Positions 28,581 to 35,910 of a stretch of DNA of 64,000 bases are shown in pieces. The notes below the pieces were generated by a model that searched no databases, was not told the origin of the DNA, and saw only the letters and a program-made list of their open reading frames with translations. Source of the stretch: Capsulimonadaceae bacterium (GTDB taxonomy: Bacteria > Armatimonadota > Armatimonadia > Armatimonadales > Capsulimonadaceae); contig OZ244065.1 of assembly GCA_965215505.1 (NCBI GenBank), forward strand, positions 3,104,001 to 3,168,000. Reading direction: 5' to 3'. Made by a program: the position numbers and the translations under genes. Each line of letters begins with the position of its first letter. The stretch's first letter is position 1.

Positions 28581-29525
28581 ATGTTTAGGCCGGGCGAGGT
28601 CTGGAACGACACGTCGGGCAGGCCGATCCAGGCGCACGGCGGCGGCGTCCTGTACGATGACGGCACCTACTACTGGTTCGGCGAAAACAAGGACGTCCCC
28701 AACGCCGTCGGCGCAGACGGGGCGCTGCTGGCCCGCGTGGATGTCGTCGGCGTCTCGTGCTACTCGTCCTCGGACCTCCTGCACTGGAAGGACGAGGGCG
28801 TCGTCCTGCCCGCCGTGCCGGACGATCCCGCCCACGACCTGCACCCGAGCCGGGTGGCCGAGCGGCCCAAGGTCCTCTATAACGCCCGGACCAGGCAGTA
28901 CGTCCTGTGGCTGCACGTTGACAGCCCCGACTACACCTACGCCCGCATCGGCCGGGCGGTCAGCGACACGCCGACCGGCCCGTACCGCTATGTCGGCAGC
29001 ATCGCCCCGGCGGGCGCGGACAGCCGGGACATGACGGTCTTCCAGGACGCGGACGGTTCGGCCTATGTCTACTTCTCCTCGGACTGGAACAAGACCATCC
29101 GGATCGCCCGGCTGACCGACGACTATTTGGACACGATTGGGCCGGCGACGGAGGCGTTCGTGGGCCGAAAGCGCGAGGCCCCCGCCGTCTGGACCCACGC
29201 GGGCCGGTACTACTTCATTGGCTCCGGCTGCACCGGCTGGGCGGCCAACGCGGCCGAGTACGCCGTCGCGCCCACCCCGCTCGGCCCGTGGGAGGTCAAG
29301 GGCAGCCCGTGCGCCGGGCCTGGAGCGGACACGACGTTCGGCGCGCAGAGTACGTTCGTCCTGCCCGTGGCCGGGAGGCCGGGCGCGTTCATTTTCCTGG
29401 CCGACCGTTGGAACGCCGAGAACCTGCAAGCCTCGCGCTACGTCTGGCTCCCGCTGGAAATGGACGGGGACCGGGTTACGGTGCGCTGGCGGGACGAGTG
29501 GGACATGGGGGTATTCGGGGAGTAG
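28581..29525 (+). CDS. Glycoside hydrolase family 43 protein (galactan 1,3-beta-galactosidase-like)
   Basis: PGEVWNDTSG.PIQAHGGG, YYWFGENK, ERPKV, SRDMTVF, REAPA and SGCTGW. Start 28566 or 28581. Confidence 0.87.
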   Translation: MFRPGEVWNDTSGRPIQAHGGGVLYDDGTYYWFGENKDVPNAVGADGALLARVDVVGVSCYSSSDLLHWKDEGVVLPAVPDDPAHDLHPSRVAERPKVLYNARTRQYVLWLHVDSPDYTYARIGRAVSDTPTGPYRYVGSIAPAGADSRDMTVFQDADGSAYVYFSSDWNKTIRIARLTDDYLDTIGPATEAFVGRKREAPAVWTHAGRYYFIGSGCTGWAANAAEYAVAPTPLGPWEVKGSPCAGPGADTTFGAQSTFVLPVAGRPGAFIFLADRWNAENLQASRYVWLPLEMDGDRVTVRWRDEWDMGVFGE

Positions 29526-29557
29526 GTTTGCCATGGACTAAGGAGGCCGGGGCCTGA

Positions 29558-29968
29558 GCAATCCTGCAACTACTGGTTGCAGAATTACTCGCACAGCTTG
29601 TGCGAGAAATAGATGGGGTCATAACGTCACCATCTTCGAGAAGTACAAGGACGACCTGGAGCGTGAGTTCTACCTGCGGATGACGCAGGTGCAGGGCTGG
29701 TCGCGGAGCGTCTTGGTCCATCAGATCGAGAACCAGACCTACCGGAAGACCGTGCTGAACCAGACCAACTTCGCCGCCACCCTGCCCGCCGGGAGCCAGG
29801 CGCGGGCGATGCTGGCGTCAGGATGAGTACACCTTCGACTTCCTGGATCTCGGCGACGAGTTCAGCGAGCGACAGCTAAAGACGGCCATCCTCGCCCGCG
29901 TCGAGCCGTTCCTCCAGCAGATGGGCGGCGTCTTCGCCTTTGTCGGCAGCCAGTACCGGCTGCAAGTG
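29558..29968 (+). pseudogene. Frameshifted, truncated DUF1016/YhcG PD-(D/E)XK nuclease gene
   Basis: Translating across frameshifts gives LVREI-WGHNVTIFEK..EREFYL...GWSRSVLVHQIE..TNF..DEYTFDFL.L...SER.L...FAFVGSQYRLQV. The match stops next to MITE copy 3. Confidence 0.8.
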
Positions 29969-29975
29969 AAGCAGG

Positions 29976-30110
29976 CGAGTGGTTGAAAACCACTCGCTCG
30001 GCCAAGCGTCCTGCGGACGAAGAGAAAGCAGGCCGACGTGACATGCTTGCTCCCGCGTCTTATTGCCGTCCGAAGGACGCCGCTCCTAGCGAGTGGTTTT
30101 CAACCGCTCG
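29976..30110. mobile_element. TIR MITE-like element, diverged copy 3
   Basis: Ends CGAGTGGTTGAAAACCACTCGCT / AGCGAGTGGTTTTCAACCGCTCG; ~135 bp; followed by 13-bp tandem CCGCTCGGCTTGG (30104-30150). Confidence 0.65.
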
Positions 30111-30265
30111 GCTTGGCCGCTCGGCTTGGCCGCTCGGCTTGGCCGCTCGGACCAAGATGAAGCGGATCGGCAACCTTTCCGCCCGCGCCGGTGTTACAGC
30201 GAACAGGAGTACCTCGACGCCCCTCCTTCCTACTCTGTGGGGGCTTTAGAAAATGGAACGCAACG

Positions 30266-31834
30266 ATGCAAACGTATGACTTTCTCGTGCTGGGGAGCGG
30301 CAGCGCCGGGCTGTCCTTCGCGCTACGGGTATGCGCGCAGGGCCGCGTCGCCCTGGTCACCAAGAAGGACCGCACGGACAGCAACACCAACTGGGCGCAG
30401 GGCGGGATCGCCGGCGTCATGGGCGCGGACGACGATCTGGAGCTGCACGTCCAGGACACCCTGATCGCGGGCGCGGGTCTGTGCCACGAGGACGCGGTGC
30501 GCGTCCTGGTGACCGAGGGGCCGGGGAGAATCCGGGAGCTGATGGAGTTCGGGGCGGACTTCAACCGCGAGCCGGGCGGCGAGCTTTCCCTCGGGCGCGA
30601 GGGCGGGCACTCGCGGCGGCGCATCATCCACACCGCCGACCTGACCGGCAAGGAGGTCGAGCGGACACTGGTCGAGGCCGTCCGGGCGCACCCGAGCATT
30701 ACCGTTTTGGAACACCACTATGCCATAGACCTCATCATGCAGGGCGAACACTGCTGCGGGGCCTATGTGCTGGACGAGGCGACGCAGACCGTCGAGGCGT
30801 ATGTCGCCCCCGCGACCCTGCTCGCGACCGGCGGGGCGGGGCAGGTGTACCAGTTCACGACGAACCCGCCCATCGCGACCGGCGACGGCGTGGCGATGGC
30901 CTGGCGGGCGGGGGCTGAAGTCGCCGACATGGAGTTCATCCAGTTCCACCCGACTTCGCTGTACCACCCGGACGCCAAGAGCTTCCTGATCTCCGAAGCC
31001 GTGCGCGGCGAGGGCGGCATCCTGCGGCGCAAGGACGGCATCGCCTTCATGGCGGAGTACGACCCGGAGCGCAAGGACCTGGCCCCGCGCGACATCGTGG
31101 CGCGCGCCATTGACAGCGAGATCAAGAAGACTGGCGACGACTGCGTCTACCTCGACGTGACGCACCTCTCGCCCGAGGCGATCAGGGCGCACTTCCCGAC
31201 CATCTACGCCCGCTGCCTGTCGTTCGGCATCGACATCACGACCGACTGGATACCGGTCGTCCCCGCCGCCCACTACTCCTGCGGCGGCGTCAGGACCGAC
31301 CTGCAAGGCCGGACCACGCTGGGGGGCCTGTACGCCTGCGGCGAGGCCGCCTGCACCGGCGTCCACGGCGCGAACCGGCTGGCCTCGAACTCCCTGCTGG
31401 AAGCCCTCGTCTTCGGCAAGCGGTCCGCCGACGACGCCCTGGCCCGGACGGACCTCCCCGCCGCCTGCACCGAAGTCGCCCCGTTCCCCGGCCAGAAGGG
31501 CCGGGTCGGCGCGTTGGACCACGCCCTGGTCGCCGCCCTGCGGAACCGGCTCCAGACCGTCATGCAGAAGTACGTCGGCATCGTCCGCAGCGACGCGCGC
31601 CTCCAGAAAGCCCGCACCGCCGTGGACGCCCTGCGGGCCGAGGCGCAGCCGCTCTTCGACGGCTGCATCCTGGCCGACGACGTGCTGGAACTGCGGAACA
31701 TGATCGAGGTCGCGGGCCTCATCATCGCCTGCGCCCGGCGGCGCAAGGAGTCGCGCGGCCTGCACTACACGACCGACTACCCGCAGACGTTGGAAAGCGA
31801 GCGGCACGACACGGTCCTGACGCGGGCGGGGTGA
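30266..31834 (+). CDS. nadB: L-aspartate oxidase
   Basis: GSGSAGL FAD motif, WAQGGIA, REGGHSRRRIIH, EFIQFHPT, LISEAVRGEG, PAAHYSCGG and GVHGANRLASNSLLE. Confidence 0.95.
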   Translation: MQTYDFLVLGSGSAGLSFALRVCAQGRVALVTKKDRTDSNTNWAQGGIAGVMGADDDLELHVQDTLIAGAGLCHEDAVRVLVTEGPGRIRELMEFGADFNREPGGELSLGREGGHSRRRIIHTADLTGKEVERTLVEAVRAHPSITVLEHHYAIDLIMQGEHCCGAYVLDEATQTVEAYVAPATLLATGGAGQVYQFTTNPPIATGDGVAMAWRAGAEVADMEFIQFHPTSLYHPDAKSFLISEAVRGEGGILRRKDGIAFMAEYDPERKDLAPRDIVARAIDSEIKKTGDDCVYLDVTHLSPEAIRAHFPTIYARCLSFGIDITTDWIPVVPAAHYSCGGVRTDLQGRTTLGGLYACGEAACTGVHGANRLASNSLLEALVFGKRSADDALARTDLPAACTEVAPFPGQKGRVGALDHALVAALRNRLQTVMQKYVGIVRSDARLQKARTAVDALRAEAQPLFDGCILADDVLELRNMIEVAGLIIACARRRKESRGLHYTTDYPQTLESERHDTVLTRAG

Positions 31835-31841
31835 GAGGCAG

Positions 31842-31908
31842 AGGGCGGCGGGACCCCGCCCCTACAAAAGCCCGCCAAAGAAACGTAGGGGCGGGGTCCC
31901 CTCTCCCT
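31842..31908. repeat. Inverted GTAG-type REP pair
   Basis: AGGGCGGCGGGACCCCGCCCCTAC ... GTAGGGGCGGGGTCCCCTCTCCCT. Confidence 0.75.
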
Positions 31909-31930
31909 CCACGCTCTAGGAGAACAAACA

Positions 31931-32866
31931 TTGCCCCGCCTCGCCCCGCTCCTGCTCACGCTGCTGTTCTGCCTCCTCGGCACGGCGGCGCGCTCCGCGC
32001 CCACGCCGCCCTTCCGCGTCGTCGCCTATCTGCCCGACTACCGCGTCGGGGCGCTCGACCCCGCCGCGCCGGCCCTGAACGATCTCACCGACCTCATCTT
32101 CTTCTCGCTGGAGCCGACCCCGGCGGGCGGTCTGAACGCCGCCCGCCTGACGCCCGCCCTCACGGCCAAACTTCAGGCCATCAAGCGCCGCCATTCCCTG
32201 CGGCTGTGGGTGGCGGTCGGCGGCTGGGAGCGGTCGGCGGGCTTCGCGCCCGTCGCGACCGACCCCGCAAAGCGCCGCCTGTTCGCTCAGGCTCTGACCT
32301 CCTTCTGCCTGAGCCACGGCTTCGGCGGCGCGGACTTTGATTGGGAACACCCCGCAAGTGCCTCCGAGGAGGCCGGGTACGCCGCCCTGCTGGCCGAAGT
32401 GCGCCGCGCCTTCGCCCCGCACGGGCTGCGCCTGTCCGTCACGATGGCCCCCTGGCAGAAGCTGGCCCCGGACGGCATCGCCGCCGTGGACGCGGTGAAC
32501 CTGATGGCCTACGACCACGACGGCCGCCACTCCACGTCCGCCCAGGCGGACGTGGCCGGGTTCCTGCGCCTCGGCGTCCCGCCCCATAAGCTCCTGCTCG
32601 GCCTGCCCTTCTACGGGCGTCAGATCACCCACACCGACACCGCGCTGGCCTACGCCGACATCCTGCGCCAGTACCACCCCGCCCCCGCCGTGGACGAGGC
32701 CGGCGGCCTGTACTTCAACGGCCCCGCCACCATCCGGCAGAAGACCCGCGACGCGCTCGCCCGGCACCTCGGCGGCGTCATGGTCTGGGAGATCGGCCAG
32801 GACGCGCCCGGCGACGGCTCACTGCTAAGAGTGATCCATCAGGCGGTGGCAGGGGCGGGCCAGTGA
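31931..32866 (+). CDS. Glycoside hydrolase family 18 (chitinase-like), exported
   Basis: Signal peptide, AVGGW, FGGADFDWEHP (DxDxE), NLMAYD, LGLPFYGR and GGVMVWE. Confidence 0.9.
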   Translation: MPRLAPLLLTLLFCLLGTAARSAPTPPFRVVAYLPDYRVGALDPAAPALNDLTDLIFFSLEPTPAGGLNAARLTPALTAKLQAIKRRHSLRLWVAVGGWERSAGFAPVATDPAKRRLFAQALTSFCLSHGFGGADFDWEHPASASEEAGYAALLAEVRRAFAPHGLRLSVTMAPWQKLAPDGIAAVDAVNLMAYDHDGRHSTSAQADVAGFLRLGVPPHKLLLGLPFYGRQITHTDTALAYADILRQYHPAPAVDEAGGLYFNGPATIRQKTRDALARHLGGVMVWEIGQDAPGDGSLLRVIHQAVAGAGQ

Positions 32867-32918
32867 GACTTCGCTAGTATCTATTTACAATATTATCAGT
32901 TTGTGGTACTATGTCGGC

Positions 32919-33200
32919 ATGATACTCAGCTTCAAGTCGCCGGAGGCGGAAGTCATCTTCGGCGGCGGGGTTTCCCGGAGGCTGCCCAGTGACATCCAAC
33001 AGGTGGCGTTCCGCAAGCTAGGCTATGTTGACTCGGCGAGTCGGCTGGATGACTTGCGGGTCCCGCCGGGTAACCGCTTGGAGGCGTTGGAGCGGGATCG
33101 TAAAGGGCAGTATTCTATCCGAATCAATGACCAGTGGCGTGTCTGCTTCGTCTGGGATGAGGGCAACGCGCGGGATGTTGAGATCGTCGATTATCACTAG
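32919..33200 (+). CDS. higB: HigB-family toxin (proteic killer protein)
   Basis: DLRVPPGNRLEAL..DRKGQYSIRINDQWRVCF...VEIVDYH. Confidence 0.93.
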   Translation: MILSFKSPEAEVIFGGGVSRRLPSDIQQVAFRKLGYVDSASRLDDLRVPPGNRLEALERDRKGQYSIRINDQWRVCFVWDEGNARDVEIVDYH

Positions 33201-33210
33201 GAACAAAGCC

Positions 33211-33513
33211 ATGGAACTGCTGGAAAACACCCACCCCGGCCTGATGCTGCGCGAAGACTATCTGGAACCCCTCGGCCTGACGGCTTACAAAGTGGCGAAG
33301 GGAACCGGACTGACCCCGATTCACATCTCGGAACTATTGCGCGGCGAGCGCAACGTCACGCCGCTGACCTCGCTCCTGCTCGGCAAGTACTTGGGCATGT
33401 CGCCCCGGTTCTGGCTGAACTTGCAGAACCGCCATGACGTGATCGAGGCCCAGCGCAACCAGCAGGACCGTCTGGCGCGGGTCACGCCTTACCGCGAACA
33501 GCAGGCGGCGTGA
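33211..33513 (+). CDS. higA: HigA-family antitoxin (HTH)
   Basis: THPGLMLREDYLEPLGLTAYKVAK...FWLNLQ..HD; follows higB. Confidence 0.92.
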   Translation: MELLENTHPGLMLREDYLEPLGLTAYKVAKGTGLTPIHISELLRGERNVTPLTSLLLGKYLGMSPRFWLNLQNRHDVIEAQRNQQDRLARVTPYREQQAA

Positions 33514-33522
33514 GGCGCGCAC

Positions 33523-33568
33523 AGTGTATTACATAAGTGTATTACATAGCGGTTCCATGTGGTACAAT
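33523..33568 (+). promoter_or_regulatory. Putative TA operator (AGTGTATTACATA x2) and extended -10 (TGGTACAAT)
   Basis: 13-bp direct repeat with a palindromic TGTA-T-TACA core, overlapping the -35 region upstream of the antitoxin gene. Confidence 0.5.
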
Positions 33569-33586
33569 GGGCTGGAGGAGAACATC

Positions 33587-33838
33587 ATGGGAAGCGTTCG
33601 TCTGGACCCCAAAGTAGAAGAGAGGGTACGTCAGGTAGCGGCCATCAAGGGGCTGACTCTTTCCGAAGTCCACCGCCTCGCTTTAGCAGAGTATTGCGAG
33701 CGTGAGATGGCACCGGCGAAGACCAGCCGCTACGACGACATCATCGGCATCGGCGAAGGTCCGCGCGATCTGGCCGCCCGCTCTGAGGAGATTTTCGGGG
33801 AGATCATGGATGAAAAGCACCGTAAACACGATCATTGA
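33587..33838 (+). CDS. Ribbon-helix-helix antitoxin (VapB-like)
   Basis: SVRLDPKVEERVRQVAAIKGLTLSEVHRLAL RHH pattern; overlaps the downstream PIN gene. Confidence 0.78.
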   Translation: MGSVRLDPKVEERVRQVAAIKGLTLSEVHRLALAEYCEREMAPAKTSRYDDIIGIGEGPRDLAARSEEIFGEIMDEKHRKHDH

Positions 33839-34238
33839 TACTGGACCGCTCGTTGCTGTTTTGAACCGCAACGATGACTACCACGCGGAGTGTTCCCGTC
33901 TCATCCGGGCCTTGGACAGCCCGTTCTACACGACGATGGCAGTGCTGACGGAGGTGATGTACCTTTTGTGGACGCGGGTCGGATGGGTCGCGCAGGAAGC
34001 CGCGTGGCGGATGGTCTTGCGCGGCGATCTTCTCGTGGAACACCCTTCCCCCGCAGAACTCGTCCGCATGTCGGAACTGATGAGCAAGTACAATGACCGC
34101 CCGATGGACTTTGCGGATGCCTCGCTGGTCGCCCTGGCCGAGCGCCTGACGCTCGACCGCATCTTCACCGTGGACCGCCGCGACTTCTCCGTCTACCGAT
34201 TGCACGGCAAGAAGCCGTTTACCATCATCGGCCCCTGA
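33810..34238 (+). CDS. PIN-domain toxin (VapC-like)
   Basis: IIDTGPLVA...D.YH, VLTEVMYL, MDFADASLVALAE and IFTVDRRDF. Confidence 0.9.
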   Translation: MKSTVNTIIDTGPLVAVLNRNDDYHAECSRLIRALDSPFYTTMAVLTEVMYLLWTRVGWVAQEAAWRMVLRGDLLVEHPSPAELVRMSELMSKYNDRPMDFADASLVALAERLTLDRIFTVDRRDFSVYRLHGKKPFTIIGP

Positions 34239-34284
34239 CGGTTACACTCGAGGGGAACACGCCGATTGCGATACGGGCCGCCCT

Positions 34285-35127
34285 TTGGAGCAACATCGCG
34301 CCTTGAGACTGAACATCCACGTTACCGCCGAACTCGCCCTGCCCGCCCCCACCCCGACCACGCTGCAAGTCGAGGCGACGGTCCTCGACGGGGCGCAGGC
34401 GGTGGAGGAGTCGCAGCTCTCCATCACGCCGTTCGCCCCCGCCGAGCCGTTCCGGGACTTCTACGGCAACCCCTGCCGGCGGCTCCTGATGCCCGCCGGG
34501 GACGTGAGATTGGAGTACACGGCGACGGTCTCGCAGCCGGACACGCGGTTCCCCCTGCTGAAGCCCTACGAGGCCGACGCCCTGCACCTGCCGGTCGAGA
34601 CGCTGCTGTACACCCTGCCCTCGCGCTACTGCCAGTCGGACAAGCTGGTCGCGATGGCGGCCGACATGTTCGGGTCGGTCGCGCCGGGCTTCGCGCGCGT
34701 CCAGACGATCTGCAACTGGATCAACGAACACGTCACCTACCAGTATGGCACCTCGGACGCGGGCACGTCCGCCTACGACACGGCGACGCAGCGGATCGGG
34801 GTCTGCCGGGACTTCGCGCACCTCGGGATCGCCTTCTGCCGCGCCCTGAACCTGCCCGCCCGGTACGTCTCGGGCTACTGCCTGGGGCTGGAGCCGCCCG
34901 ACTTCCACGCCTATTTTCAGGCGTATTTGGACGGCCGCTGGGTGTCCTTCGACGCCACCGAGCGGCAGCCGCGCCCCGCCCTGGTGCAAGTGGCCGTCGG
35001 GCGTGACGCCGCCGACTGCGCCTGGGCGACCTTCTACGGCTTCGGCGAGACGAAGCATCTTTCGGTGGAAGTGACGGAAGTCGCGGAAGAGGACGAGACG
35101 GCGGCGCAAGGAGAGACGACCCCATGA
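34285..35127 (+). CDS. Transglutaminase-like putative cysteine protease
   Basis: LPSRYCQSD, GVCRDFAHL.IAFCRALNLPARYVSGY, DFHA and GRDAAD. Confidence 0.9.
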   Translation: MEQHRALRLNIHVTAELALPAPTPTTLQVEATVLDGAQAVEESQLSITPFAPAEPFRDFYGNPCRRLLMPAGDVRLEYTATVSQPDTRFPLLKPYEADALHLPVETLLYTLPSRYCQSDKLVAMAADMFGSVAPGFARVQTICNWINEHVTYQYGTSDAGTSAYDTATQRIGVCRDFAHLGIAFCRALNLPARYVSGYCLGLEPPDFHAYFQAYLDGRWVSFDATERQPRPALVQVAVGRDAADCAWATFYGFGETKHLSVEVTEVAEEDETAAQGETTP

Positions 35128-35822
35128 GCCAGGAAACCGAGATACTCAAGCACGTCCCCCTGTTCGCGGGTCTGGACGAGGACGCCCTGGCCGCGCTGGC
35201 CTCCCGCCTGCGGCGGCGCAGACTGCCGCCGGGGACGCCCGTCGTCTACAAGGGCGACCCGGCGGGGGCGCTGTACCTGATCGCCTCGGGACGGGTCAAG
35301 GTGCATCAGGCGACATCGGGCGGCGACGAGGTGATCCTGGAGGTGATGGGGCCGGGCAACTTCTTCGGCGAGATGAGCCTGCTGGACGGCCAGCCGCGCT
35401 CTGCCGATGTCAGCACCCTGGCGGCGACCGAGCTTCTGCTGCTGGAAGGCGAGGCCCTGCGCGAGACGATCACGGAGCAGCCCGCCGTCGCCTGGACACT
35501 GCTGCGGATCCTGTCCCAGCGCGTGCGGGACATGGACGACCGGGCGGAGATGCTGATGACGCGGGACGTGGCGGGCCGGGTCGCCGACTGGCTGCTGCGC
35601 CTGGCGAAGTCGCACGGGACGGCCCATCCGGACGGCAAGAGCATCCGGCTAGACGTCTGCCTGACACAGAGCGACATCGCCGCCTTGATCGGCGCGACCC
35701 GCGAGCGCGTCTCGCGCGCCCTGACCGCCTTCCGCAAGTCCGGCGCGATCGCCTGGGACGCCGATACGGGCTGCTGGATCATCCGCAACCGGGCCGCCCT
35801 GGCGAAGCGGGCGGAGATGTAG
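35124..35822 (+). CDS. Crp/Fnr family transcriptional regulator (cNMP-binding, CRP-type HTH)
   Basis: FFGEMSLLDGQPRSADV cNMP pocket and LTQSDIAALIGATRERVSRAL HTH. Confidence 0.92.
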   Translation: MSQETEILKHVPLFAGLDEDALAALASRLRRRRLPPGTPVVYKGDPAGALYLIASGRVKVHQATSGGDEVILEVMGPGNFFGEMSLLDGQPRSADVSTLAATELLLLEGEALRETITEQPAVAWTLLRILSQRVRDMDDRAEMLMTRDVAGRVADWLLRLAKSHGTAHPDGKSIRLDVCLTQSDIAALIGATRERVSRALTAFRKSGAIAWDADTGCWIIRNRAALAKRAEM

Positions 35823-35839
35823 AGGGACGCGCGGGCGTC

Positions 35840-35876
35840 AAAAAGAAGGGGGCAGGCCAGATGGCCTGCCCCCTTC
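35840..35876 (-). terminator. Intrinsic terminator ending the repeat-protein array (possibly bidirectional)
   Basis: GAAGGGGGCAGGCCA-GA-TGGCCTGCCCCCTTC 15-bp stem with an A5 tract (U-tract on the minus strand). Confidence 0.8.
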
Positions 35877-35910
35877 GTCGTCTCGTCGGCCCCGCCTACG
35901 GCCCTGCCGA

